From NCBI GenBank assembly GCA_965232515.1, contig CBDDPY010000002.1, positions 5,280,001 to 5,344,000 on the forward strand: DNA of 64,000 nucleotides. The letters run 5' to 3'. The notes beneath the pieces are model-generated. The model was not told the DNA's origin. It ran no database searches and was given only the letters and a program-made list of their open reading frames with translations. The first letter of the stretch is position 1. Each line of letters starts with the position of its first letter. Below, in pieces: positions 48,106-57,434 of the stretch. This DNA is from Alphaproteobacteria bacterium. Its GTDB lineage: Bacteria > Pseudomonadota > Alphaproteobacteria > GCA-2731375. Position numbers and translations under genes: made by a program.

Positions 48106-49620
48106 TTACTCTTCGAACAGCTTCGCCAGGCGTTCCGCCTCGTCGGGCGCGACGTTGTGGGGATTGCCCGACAGGATGCCGACGACGTTTCGGAACTGGG
48201 CGCCGAGCGTCATGCCGGTCTTGTCGATCCGATACTCGCGGATGCTCTTTTCGTGCACCGAACCGCGCATCTTCAGAACGGTCAGGCCGCGCCGCATCTC
48301 GCCGAACATCTCGACGTAACGCAACAGCACGATGGAGTCCGTGATGGTCGAGATATGAGCCTCCGTCACCGACGTGCCGCCCAGCAACGTCGGTGTGGTC
48401 GACGTGACCATCGTGGCGATTTCCTTCTGCTTCACGAACGACGTCAAGCCGATGCAGAACTCGCGGAAACCTTTCTCGCTGGAGATCCGTTCCAACGCCG
48501 ACAGGCTGTCGACGGCGACGCGGTCCGGCCGGAACTCGTCGATCTGATCGCGGATGCTGATCAGATGGTCTTCCAGGCTCTGCATCTCGGGATAGACGCA
48601 GGACACACGCAGTGTGCCGTTCGCCTCCAGCGAGCCGAAGTCGTAACCCCAGCTCGCGGCATTGCGGGACAACTGGTCGTGGCTTTCTTCGAAGGCCAGG
48701 AACAGACATTTGTCGCCGGCCTGCGCGCCGGCGCCGATGAACTGCGTCGCCGACAGCGTCTTGCCGGTGCCCGTCGCGCCCGACACCAGGATCACCGAAT
48801 CCCGGAAGAAGCCGCCACCGCACATCTCGTCCAGCTTGTCGTTGCCCGACGTGACACGAATATTGGTCGAGCCCTGGGTCAGGCCGATGGCGGCCAACGG
48901 AATGACCTCGACGCCCTTATGCGGCACGACCGAGAACGGATACTCGCCCTTCGCATGCGTGGTGCCGCGGAACTTCAGGACTTCCAGCGTCCGGCGGCGC
49001 TTTTCGGCGTCCAGTGCATTGCGCAGGATGATGACGTTGTCGGCGACGAACTCCTCGACGCCGAAGCGGGCGATCTCGCCGTATTCGTCGGTGCGCTCGA
49101 CGGTCAGGACCGAGGTCACGCCCAGCTCGCGCAGCGAGGCGGTGATGCGCAACAGCTCGCGCCGGACCGTGGCCGCGTCACTGAATTCGGCGAACACCGC
49201 GCCCAATGAATCCAGCGTCACCCGCTTGGCGTTGGTCCGGCTGATCGCCGCTTCGACCCGGACCAGCAGACCGCCGAAATCGAAATCGCCGGTCAGGATC
49301 GGCTCGGCGCCGGGCGTGGGCGACGCGTCGATGAACGTCCACTTGCCTTCCTCTTCCCAGGTGGCGACGTCCCAGCCGAAGCCGCGCATGTTGCGGCGGA
49401 TTTCGGCAGCCGGTTCCTCGAAGGTGATGAACACGCCGGCTTCGTCGAACTGCTGGATCCCGGCCGCCAGAAAATGCGAGGCGAACACGGTCTTCGCGCT
49501 GCCCGAGGTACCGGCGACCAGGGTCGTCCGGGCCTCCGGCAGACCACCGAACGAAATATGGTCGAAGCCGGAAACGCCGGTATTGATCTTTGGAATCGAC
49601 TGATCGGCCTGGGTCATCAT
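48106..49620 (-). CDS. kaiC: Circadian clock ATPase KaiC
   Basis: Two RecA-like domains (GTSGSAKT, GATGTGKT), FEE motifs, phosphosite region HISTITD and KMRGS.H. Confidence 0.95.
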   Translation of the reverse strand: MMTQADQSIPKINTGVSGFDHISFGGLPEARTTLVAGTSGSAKTVFASHFLAAGIQQFDEAGVFITFEEPAAEIRRNMRGFGWDVATWEEEGKWTFIDASPTPGAEPILTGDFDFGGLLVRVEAAISRTNAKRVTLDSLGAVFAEFSDAATVRRELLRITASLRELGVTSVLTVERTDEYGEIARFGVEEFVADNVIILRNALDAEKRRRTLEVLKFRGTTHAKGEYPFSVVPHKGVEVIPLAAIGLTQGSTNIRVTSGNDKLDEMCGGGFFRDSVILVSGATGTGKTLSATQFIGAGAQAGDKCLFLAFEESHDQLSRNAASWGYDFGSLEANGTLRVSCVYPEMQSLEDHLISIRDQIDEFRPDRVAVDSLSALERISSEKGFREFCIGLTSFVKQKEIATMVTSTTPTLLGGTSVTEAHISTITDSIVLLRYVEMFGEMRRGLTVLKMRGSVHEKSIREYRIDKTGMTLGAQFRNVVGILSGNPHNVAPDEAERLAKLFEE

Positions 49621-49929
49621 TTACGCGGTATCTCCGTTACTGCCATCCGGATTCAGATTCAGGCCGACCAGCACACGTTCCTTTTCCGTCAGGTCGCCGA
49701 TTATGGTGCGCATGGGCGGCGGCAATTCCTTGATCACCGTCGGCGTCGCCAGGATCCGGTCCTCCTCGGCCAGGTTCGGGTGCTCCAGCACGTCGATGAT
49801 CAACAGTTCGTATCGGTTATCCAGGGTGTCGCGGCAGATCTGCCGCAGTGTCGTGATCGCGTTCTCCGAGCGCTCGGTGCGTCCGGTAATGAACAGCTTC
49901 AAGACATACCGTTCCGTGTCGCTATTCAT
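49621..49929 (-). CDS. kaiB: Circadian clock protein KaiB
   Basis: YVLKLFITG, IIDV..HP.LAEEDRILATPT.IK.LPPP.R.IIGDL; abuts kaiC. Confidence 0.95.
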   Translation of the reverse strand: MNSDTERYVLKLFITGRTERSENAITTLRQICRDTLDNRYELLIIDVLEHPNLAEEDRILATPTVIKELPPPMRTIIGDLTEKERVLVGLNLNPDGSNGDTA

Positions 49930-50806
49930 GGCCGGACCCCCTTTCAACTGGATCTGCTGTGGGACCATGGCCGCGTCCCAGGGCGAAGACGCGATACTCG
50001 CCGGCGAGATATCCCATCATTTCGAGCAGGACAATCCGGCCCTCTGTCGACATCGCTTTGGCTTTGCGGCCGGTCATGTTTGCTGTCCGTGCCTTCATTG
50101 CAGACAAATGAATTTCGATGACGTCGCGGGGCGCGACCTTCAGGCGTCCCAGTCGCACGGCCAGCTGCTTCAAACGCGGCGGCACGTTCAGATCGGCCTG
50201 GGTGACGGTCTGGTTGACCGCGGCTTCCATCAGCTCGCCATACTCGTTGACAATGTCCGAAAACTGCAGCGGCGCCCCGTCCTGAAGCCGGGTGACCTGG
50301 AATGCCCGCGCCGACGTGCTGGCCAGCGGCGGCGCTGCCAGGCGCTCCAGCGATCCGCGTTCTCGGGCCTGCTGCGCTTCGTATTCCGCCGCTTCCAAAC
50401 GCATCAATATCTTGTGACGCTCCAACGCGTAGCGTACCGAGCGGCGTACCAGTTCCGGATTGAGATCGCCCTTGACCAGAAAGTCCTGCGCACCGACCTG
50501 GATCGCCTTCAGGCCAAGGTCGGCGTCATCGAGTCCCGTCAGCACGATGATCGGCACCGAAGGCGCCGCCGCGTACAGAGATTCCAATGTCGCCAGGCCT
50601 TCGGTATCGGGCAGGTTCAGATCGAGAATCGCCAGATCGACAGGCTCATTCTGGATCAGGCCGAGGCTGTCGCTCAGCGTCTCGGCCTCGCGAAAATCGA
50701 AACTGTCGCTCTCGACGTCTTTGAGCCGCTGGCGAAACAATGCACGCTCGGCGGCGTCGTCGTCGATCAGGAGGACGCTCTTCGGTTGCCGATGTGCAAG
50801 CTGCAC
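49922..50806 (-). CDS. Response regulator receiver fused to a KaiA-C-terminal-like domain (KaiA3-like)
   Basis: Canonical REC (IDDD, ILDL, LTG, LVKG); C-terminus DVIEIH...R.VLLEMMGYLAGEYR; overlaps the kaiB start. Confidence 0.75.
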   Translation of the reverse strand: MQLAHRQPKSVLLIDDDAAERALFRQRLKDVESDSFDFREAETLSDSLGLIQNEPVDLAILDLNLPDTEGLATLESLYAAAPSVPIIVLTGLDDADLGLKAIQVGAQDFLVKGDLNPELVRRSVRYALERHKILMRLEAAEYEAQQARERGSLERLAAPPLASTSARAFQVTRLQDGAPLQFSDIVNEYGELMEAAVNQTVTQADLNVPPRLKQLAVRLGRLKVAPRDVIEIHLSAMKARTANMTGRKAKAMSTEGRIVLLEMMGYLAGEYRVFALGRGHGPTADPVERGSGHE

Positions 50807-50977
50807 GGATTGACCTCGAAACCGCCCGCGCGACCCCCTCGGACGGATAATGCCTCAATATTCCACTTAGTCGAGGAAAATCCTGAAATAATTCGGTAAT
50901 TTAGAACCTTCTTATACTATTCGCTTGGCGTCGGTTTGCAGACAAGCCGAGTAAAAGCGCGCGAGTTATTCACGCTA

Positions 50978-52054
50978 TTAGTCGGCGCGACGGCGCAACG
51001 TAAAGAAGAACGTGCTGCCGCCAAGCTCGTTCGCCGCCACCCAGATCGTGCCGCCATGTTCGTTAACGATTTTCTTGCAAAGCGCGAGGCCGATGCCCGT
51101 GCCCTCGCCTTCGCCACGCGGCCGCGTGCGCTGAAACATGCGGAAAATCCGCTCTCTATGCCGTTCCTCGACGCCAATGCCGTTGTCCGCGACCGAGAAC
51201 AGCCAGTCGTCGTCCTTGGTCTCGGCGGCGACATGAATGCGGGGCGTTTCCGCGCCGCGATAGGCGATCGCATTGCCGATCAGATTCTGAAACACCCGCA
51301 TGATCTGCGGTCCACTGCAGGTGATTTCCGGCAGTGGGTCCTGGCTGATGGCGGCCCCGCTTTCGTTGATTGCGGCGTTGAGATTTTCCAGCGCCGTCGC
51401 CAGCAAATTGTCGGCCTGGAACGTCTCGAACGGCTCGGGCCGCGCACCGATTCGCGCATACGACAGCAGATCGTCCATCAGATTCGCCATCCGGTCCGCC
51501 GTCGTGTCGACATGCTCGAGCAGTTCGCCGGCGTCGGCGTCGCCGGATTTGTCGTTGCGAAGGCGCAGCAGATCGATGAAGGCCTTGATGTTCTTCAGCG
51601 GCGCCTTCAAGTCGTGCGAGGCGACATAAGCGAACTGTTCGAGTTCGCGGTTCGAATGTTCCAGCGATTTGCGCTGCGTGATGTCGTTTTGAATGCCGAC
51701 GAAGGCCGTCAATTCGCCGCCGGCATCGAACACCGGCGTGATCACCACATCGTTCCAGAACGGCCGGCCGTCCTTGCGATAGTTCAGAATCTCGGCGCGC
51801 ACGCTTTCTTGCGCAGCGATCGCGTCGCGGATGCGGGTAACCGTCGCCGGATCCGTGTCCGGGCCCTGCAGGAACCGGCAGTTCGCACCCAGACAATCGT
51901 CGGCGCCGTAGCCCGTCAGGCTGGTGAAGGCGGGATTGACGAAAACGAGCGGATTGTCGGGCAGCGACGGATCGCTGATCGAAACGCCCGACAGCGTGGC
52001 TTCGACCGCCGCCTCGAAGCTGAGGCGGAGTTCCGGTCGTGCGCGATTAGGCAT
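50978..52054 (-). CDS. LOV-domain (blue-light) sensor histidine kinase
   Basis: DNPLVFVN, GANCRFLQG, NYRKDGRPFWN and FVGIQ; SHDLKAPL, NLIGNAI, DNGIG and GTGIGL. Confidence 0.92.
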   Translation of the reverse strand: MPNRARPELRLSFEAAVEATLSGVSISDPSLPDNPLVFVNPAFTSLTGYGADDCLGANCRFLQGPDTDPATVTRIRDAIAAQESVRAEILNYRKDGRPFWNDVVITPVFDAGGELTAFVGIQNDITQRKSLEHSNRELEQFAYVASHDLKAPLKNIKAFIDLLRLRNDKSGDADAGELLEHVDTTADRMANLMDDLLSYARIGARPEPFETFQADNLLATALENLNAAINESGAAISQDPLPEITCSGPQIMRVFQNLIGNAIAYRGAETPRIHVAAETKDDDWLFSVADNGIGVEERHRERIFRMFQRTRPRGEGEGTGIGLALCKKIVNEHGGTIWVAANELGGSTFFFTLRRRAD

Positions 52055-52080
52055 TCTGTGTCCTCAAAATTCCGATCTGC

Positions 52081-52566
52081 CTAGATCAGTTGAAACTGTC
52101 CGGTCGCCTTGAAACGCAGATAGGCCTCGATGCTGCGGACCATGTTCGGCAACGTCTCGGGCAACGCGGTCGGCGCGAACCAATCGAGCGCCAGGGTTTC
52201 GTCATCGCCGCTGAGTTCGCCGGAAAATGCGGTCGCGTAGAACATCAGGACATGGGCGTGCAGCCGGTGGCCGTTCGGATAGGTGAAACGTTCGAATTGC
52301 GGTTCGCTGCCATGGCCGAACGGCCGCGGCGCGACGACGTCCAGGCCGGTTTCCTCGCGGGTTTCCCGCACGATGGTCTGCAGCACGGAATCGCCGTCTT
52401 CGGCATTGCCGCCAGGCAGTCCCCAAACGCCGAAATCTGCCCGCTTCTGCAACAGGATTCGGCCGTCATCACGCTCAATGACAATACGGGCGCCAGGCAC
52501 CAGCAGCAGCCGATTGCCGACAACATCGCGTAATCGTCCGAGATAGCTCTCCGCGAATCCAGTCAT
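52081..52566 (-). CDS. NUDIX hydrolase
   Basis: PGG...RETREETG Nudix box. Confidence 0.9.
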   Translation of the reverse strand: MTGFAESYLGRLRDVVGNRLLLVPGARIVIERDDGRILLQKRADFGVWGLPGGNAEDGDSVLQTIVRETREETGLDVVAPRPFGHGSEPQFERFTYPNGHRLHAHVLMFYATAFSGELSGDDETLALDWFAPTALPETLPNMVRSIEAYLRFKATGQFQLI

Positions 52567-52708
52567 GCCACCGTCCAGGCGATTTCGCCGGCCGTACTGC
52601 CTTTGTTGATGCCGATCAACGCGCGATTCGGGGGTGAAGTTAGCCTGCCAAGCGCCGACGGCCAACGGTTCCGTTGGTCAGAACGTGTGGCAAAGCGGAG
52701 GGCCCGAG

Positions 52709-53002
52709 ATGCGACTGTCTGGAATTGTCAGGGCTTTGCCTGCCCTTGCGACAGCCTTGATGCTCATCGCCGGTCAGGCTGCCGCGCAGGCCGACTGGCG
52801 CGCGCATCTGGAATGGCAGATGGCCGATCAGCACGAATGCGAGGTTGCCTTCCTGACCGGTGTGCTCGAGCAGGAGGTCAACGGCAAGCCCGTCGTCTTC
52901 GCGCGCGTGCACTGCGCCGATCAGCGCAGCTTCGACGTCTCGCGCACCGACGCGTTCACCGACTTCAAGGTCACCGCCTGCAAGAAGGAGCGGACCTGCT
53001 AG
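52709..53002 (+). CDS. Small secreted protein with four Cys
   Basis: Signal peptide ending AAA-Q; GGAGG RBS. Confidence 0.65.
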   Translation: MRLSGIVRALPALATALMLIAGQAAAQADWRAHLEWQMADQHECEVAFLTGVLEQEVNGKPVVFARVHCADQRSFDVSRTDAFTDFKVTACKKERTC

Positions 53003-53032
53003 GGCGCCTTCTGATTCCGCGAAGCGCGAAGG

Positions 53033-53117
53033 GCTCGACCCGTCCCGCTCCCCCACCCGACCACCCACGGAAGTATGCTTGATGGGTGGTCGGGTGGGGG
53101 AGCGGGACGGGTCGAGC
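53033..53117. repeat. Perfect 35-bp inverted repeat with a 15-nt loop between convergent genes
   Basis: 53033-53067 is the exact reverse complement of 53083-53117. Confidence 0.9.
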
Positions 53118-53146
53118 ATCGGCCGTAAGGCCGACACTGTCAGACC

Positions 53147-54322
53147 TTATCCCCGCGCCAGGCGCCGGGCGATCGACCAGCGGTGGGTCTCGTTCGAGCC
53201 GTCGTAGATGCGGAAGCCGCGGATGTCGCGGAAGATGCGCTCGACCTCGGTGTCGCGTGTCATGCCGAGGCCGCCCAGGAGCTGCAACGACCGGTCGACG
53301 ACGCGGTAGACGGCTTCGGAACAGACCACCTTGGCCATGCTGGATTCGCGGCCGCCGCGCCGGCCCTGGTCCAGCACCCAGGCCGTGTGCCAGATCGCGA
53401 GGCGCGCCGTCTGCAGGTCCATCTCGTTGTCGGCCAGCTGGAAGCTGGCGCCCTGATGCTCGATCAGCCGGTTGCCGAAGACCTCGCGCTTCGACGCATA
53501 GTCCGTAGCGATGTCGTGTGCCCGCGTCGCCGCGCCCAGCCAGCGCATGCAGTGCGTCAGCCGCGCCGGCGCCAGCCGCACTTGCGCATAGCGGAAGCCG
53601 TGGCCGATCTCGCCCAGCACCGAGTCCGGCGTTACCCTGAGGTCGTTGAAGTTCAGCACCGCGTGGCCGCCGGTGAAGCTGGAATCGAGCGTGTCCAGTG
53701 TGCGCTCGATCTCGATCGCCGGGTCGTCCATGGGCCAGAGGAACATCGACGCGCCGAGATCGTTGCCGCCGGCATCCACGGTGCGCGCCATGATGATGGC
53801 GAAGGCCGCGCCCTCGGCTCCGGTGATCAGCCACTTCTGGCCGCTGATGACGTATTCGTTGCCGTCCTGGCGGGCCGTGGTCAGCAGCGCGCTCGGGTCC
53901 GAGCCGGCGCCCGGCATCGGCTCGGTCATGGCGAAGCAGGACCGGGTCTCGCCGGTCGCCAGCGGCTTCAGGTAGCGCTCCTTCTGATCGTCGCGCGCGA
54001 CCTCGTCCAGCAGGTGCATGTTGCCCTCGTCGGGCGCGGCGATGTTCAGCGCCACCGGCCCCAGCATGGAATAGCCCGCCGCCTCGAACAGCACCGCCTT
54101 GGTGCGGTGGTCATGGCCGAGACCGCCCCATTCCGGGCTCACATGCGAGGACAGCAGGCCCTCGGCCCTGCCCAGCGCCACCAATTCGGCGCGCAGGTCG
54201 TCGGTCGGCCCGTGCGGCGTGCGCCGCGGATCGTTCTCGAACGGAATGATCTTCTCCCGCACGAAGGCGGCGGTGCGCGCCTGCAGGTCTTCCTGTTCGG
54301 GCGTCAACGCGAAATCGATCAT
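53147..54322 (-). CDS. Acyl-CoA dehydrogenase
   Basis: APDEGNM, FAMTEP..GSD, G.KW.ITGA and RIYDG..E.H. Confidence 0.93.
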   Translation of the reverse strand: MIDFALTPEQEDLQARTAAFVREKIIPFENDPRRTPHGPTDDLRAELVALGRAEGLLSSHVSPEWGGLGHDHRTKAVLFEAAGYSMLGPVALNIAAPDEGNMHLLDEVARDDQKERYLKPLATGETRSCFAMTEPMPGAGSDPSALLTTARQDGNEYVISGQKWLITGAEGAAFAIIMARTVDAGGNDLGASMFLWPMDDPAIEIERTLDTLDSSFTGGHAVLNFNDLRVTPDSVLGEIGHGFRYAQVRLAPARLTHCMRWLGAATRAHDIATDYASKREVFGNRLIEHQGASFQLADNEMDLQTARLAIWHTAWVLDQGRRGGRESSMAKVVCSEAVYRVVDRSLQLLGGLGMTRDTEVERIFRDIRGFRIYDGSNETHRWSIARRLARG

Positions 54323-54359
54323 GCACACTCTCTCTTCATTGAATTGTCGACGGGTAGTG

Positions 54360-55505
54360 TCAGCGCAGGCCGCGGGCGAAATCCCGGATGTCGTTGACCA
54401 GCAGGTCCGGCTGCTCCATGGCGGCGAAGTGGCCGCCGTGCCGCATCTCGGTCCAGCGCTCGACATTGTACGCCTTCTCGGCGTAGGAGCGCGGCGGCCA
54501 GAAGATCAGATCTTTTGGGAACTGCGCGATGCCGACCGGCGCCTCGACGCGCTCGCCCGGCGGCAGCGCGTTGCTCTCGTGGCCATAGCCGTAATACATC
54601 CAGGTGCTGGTGTTGAAGGTCCGGGTGACCAGATAGATCATCACGTTGGTCAGCAACTGGTCCATGGAATAGACCGATTGCAGGTCGTCCCCGTCGATGT
54701 CGGACCAGCCGTGGAACTTCTCGACGATCCAGGCGGCGACGCCGACGGGGCTGTCCATCAGCGCATAGGACAGTGTCTGCGGCTTGGTCGACTGCATGCG
54801 GAAATAGCCGCCCTCGACCGAAAAGATCTCGCGCGACTGTTTGGCCCAGGCGATCTCCGCCTCCGTCTCCGGCCGCGCGCCGCCCGGGCGCAGGCCGTTC
54901 ATGTTCAGGTGGATCGCCTGGCAGGCCGGCGTGTGGTCGAAGCCGAGCCAGCTCGTGATCACGCTGCCCCAGTCGCCGCCCTGGGCCATATAGCCGTCGT
55001 AGCCCAGCACCTGGTTCATCAGCGCCGCGAAATAGGCCGCCGTCTTGCGCGGCCCGATCGGCCTGTCCGGCTTGGACGAGAATCCATAACCCGGCAGCGA
55101 CGGCACGATCACATCGAAGGCGTCGGCCGCGTTGCCGCCATGGCGTTCGGGATGCGCCAGCGGTCCGATGATCTCCTGGAACTCCCAGACCGAGCCCGGC
55201 CAGCCGTGGCTGATGATCAGCGGCACCGGGTTCGGGCCGCTGCCGCGCTCGTGGATGTAGTGGATGTCCAGGCTGTTGATCTGAACAATGAAATGCGGCC
55301 AGGCATTCATCGCCGCCTCGTGCACCCGCCAGTCGTATTCTTCGACCCAATAGGCGCAGAGCTCGCGCATATAGTCGAGGTTGGCGCCATAGCCCCAGCC
55401 GCCGTCATCAGGCATCTCGTGCCAGTCGTAGTCGGCCACCCGCTGCCGGATGCGCTCCAGCGTCGCGTCCGGAATGTCGATCGTGAACGAAAACGGCGTC
55501 GTCAT
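54360..55505 (-). CDS. Epoxide hydrolase (EHN plus alpha/beta hydrolase)
   Basis: HGWPGS, PSLPGYGFS, QGGDWG and GGHFAAME. Confidence 0.92.
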   Translation of the reverse strand: MTTPFSFTIDIPDATLERIRQRVADYDWHEMPDDGGWGYGANLDYMRELCAYWVEEYDWRVHEAAMNAWPHFIVQINSLDIHYIHERGSGPNPVPLIISHGWPGSVWEFQEIIGPLAHPERHGGNAADAFDVIVPSLPGYGFSSKPDRPIGPRKTAAYFAALMNQVLGYDGYMAQGGDWGSVITSWLGFDHTPACQAIHLNMNGLRPGGARPETEAEIAWAKQSREIFSVEGGYFRMQSTKPQTLSYALMDSPVGVAAWIVEKFHGWSDIDGDDLQSVYSMDQLLTNVMIYLVTRTFNTSTWMYYGYGHESNALPPGERVEAPVGIAQFPKDLIFWPPRSYAEKAYNVERWTEMRHGGHFAAMEQPDLLVNDIRDFARGLR

Positions 55506-55585
55506 GCCGCCATGATAACGGCTAAGCGGCCAAACGTCCGACCGTTTCCGAACGTGACGAGGTGGTTCGCCATAGAACAAACGTC

Positions 55586-55670
55586 GTCATGCTGGCGAAG
55601 GCCAGCATCCAGCGGCTTCTCCATTCGTTCAGACGTTGACCATGTGGATCCTGGCCTTCGCCAGGATGAC
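55586..55670. repeat. REP-like inverted pair (REPIN-type element)
   Basis: GTCATGCTGGCGAAGGCCAGCATCCA (55586-55611) and an inverted copy at 55645-55670 that differ by one compensatory base pair. Confidence 0.75.
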
Positions 55671-55704
55671 CAAGAGGTAAAGGTTTTTCGCGATGCGCTT
55701 TTTG

Positions 55705-56502
55705 TTACTCCGCGGCATCCGTTTCGCGCGCCAACGCCAGCAAACAATCGTCTCCCAGCAGCTCGAGCGGCGTGAAGTCCTGGTTGGCGTAGTAGTCGGG
55801 CCGGGTCGGTTTGCGGATCGCGTTGTCGACGCGGTTGCAGGTCAGATAGACGATGTGCCGCGTCCATGGCGAGATGTTCGGCGCCGAGGCGTGCGCCAGG
55901 CAGCCATGGAAGAATACGCCCGAGCCCGAAGGTCCCTTCGGCGCGACGATGCCGTTGGTCTCGGCCAGGCGCGATACGTCTTCCGGGGACAATGTCAGCA
56001 GCGGCGTCGCGCCGGGCAGCGGCTCGGCCTCGGCAGCCATGCGGCCGTCGCGATGCGAGCCGGGGATGAAGCAGATCGGCCCGTTGAACTCCGTCACCTC
56101 GTCCATGAACAGCGCGAAGTTCATGGCCCTCGGTTCCGGCATGCCGTCATGCGCGTGCCAGGAGGCGAAGTCCTGGTGCCAGGGAAAGTCGAGCTTGCCG
56201 AACGGCTCCTTGGGGATGACCTTGTACTGGTGCGCGTAGACCGGGCCGCCCAGGATCTGCAGTGCCGGTTCCAGCAGCCGGGGATGCGACAGCAGGCGGC
56301 GGAACGGTTCGCTGTAGCGCTCCATGGCGAGGCAGGCGCGCACCTCGCCGTCGTCGGCGCGCAATACCTCCGGCCGTTGCATGCCCCAGATCCGCGGCAT
56401 GTCGCCCATCAGCACCGCGATTTCCGCGGCCGAGAACAGCTCGGGCAGGAACAGATAGCCGTCGCGTTCGAATGCGGCCACCTGGCCGTCGGTCAGTTGC
56501 AT
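55705..56502 (-). CDS. Phytanoyl-CoA dioxygenase family Fe(II)/2-oxoglutarate dioxygenase
   Basis: WHQD, NGP...IPGSH and HAS..N...R. Confidence 0.9.
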   Translation of the reverse strand: MQLTDGQVAAFERDGYLFLPELFSAAEIAVLMGDMPRIWGMQRPEVLRADDGEVRACLAMERYSEPFRRLLSHPRLLEPALQILGGPVYAHQYKVIPKEPFGKLDFPWHQDFASWHAHDGMPEPRAMNFALFMDEVTEFNGPICFIPGSHRDGRMAAEAEPLPGATPLLTLSPEDVSRLAETNGIVAPKGPSGSGVFFHGCLAHASAPNISPWTRHIVYLTCNRVDNAIRKPTRPDYYANQDFTPLELLGDDCLLALARETDAAE

Positions 56503-56512
56503 CTCCGGTTCC

Positions 56513-57340
56513 TCACATGTCTGCCGTTTCGATCACGCGTTCGACGACGGCTTGCAAGGCCATGCCGGCCTCGGCGCCGATCGCGTGACCGGTTTCGTTC
56601 ACGTGACTGACGATACCGTCGTCCCAGGCCGAGCGCGCATCGCCGATACGCGCCGTCTCGGCCGAGACCGTGGCGGCGATCATCGGGTACTGGTCCAGCA
56701 GCTTCAGCCGTCGAATGCCGGCGTCGTCCTTGCCGACGCCGGCGTCGTTGAAGGTGACGGCCAGCAGGCCGTTCGGGATCGCCGTGTCGGCCTTGCCGCC
56801 GAGCAGCGCGCCGTGCGAGCCGGTAATGACGATGGCGCCGGCGTCGCCCGGCGTGATCAACGAGGCGGAATCGCAGCCGATCACGCGCGGTTCGCCCGGC
56901 GCCTCGCGCAGCACGAAGCGCGCCTCGTCGTAGGCCGGCGCCGCGCCGCGCCAGACCGGCGCTCGCAGCAAGGCCCCGGCGCAGGTCATCGCCGCCTGGC
57001 CCGGCCGGCAGCCGAGCGCCGTCGCCGCCTCGTTCACATGGCTGATGCGGCCGTGTTCGGCCATGTCGCCGGCATTGGCGATGCAGCCGGTCGCGGCGTC
57101 GACGGTCGCCGCCGGCAGGCCGAGGCCCTGCAGATAGGCGAGCCCCCCAATGCCGGCCTCGTCCTTGCCCACCGAGGCGTCGTTCAGGATCACCGCCCGC
57201 ACGCCGGCCTTGGCGGCGCAATAGGCGGCATAGACGCCGCCATGGCTGGCGCCGATCAGCACCACATCGCGGTGGCTCTCGTCCAGCTTGGTGACCGTGT
57301 CGATCAGCTTGATCTCAGGCTGCGCCATGGCGCCCGACAC
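56513..57340 (-). CDS. Hypothetical protein made of two similar halves
   Basis: Twice SHG...NDA.VGKD.AGI..L...AATV...G..SHVNE. Confidence 0.75.
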   Translation of the reverse strand: MSGAMAQPEIKLIDTVTKLDESHRDVVLIGASHGGVYAAYCAAKAGVRAVILNDASVGKDEAGIGGLAYLQGLGLPAATVDAATGCIANAGDMAEHGRISHVNEAATALGCRPGQAAMTCAGALLRAPVWRGAAPAYDEARFVLREAPGEPRVIGCDSASLITPGDAGAIVITGSHGALLGGKADTAIPNGLLAVTFNDAGVGKDDAGIRRLKLLDQYPMIAATVSAETARIGDARSAWDDGIVSHVNETGHAIGAEAGMALQAVVERVIETADM

Positions 57341-57434
57341 CTCCCATGGCCATTCTGCGCGGTCATGGCCGGCCTGGCAATTTTGTCGGTCGGCGATGCC
57401 GATGCCGGCCGGACCGGGTCGGGGATCGTCGGCG

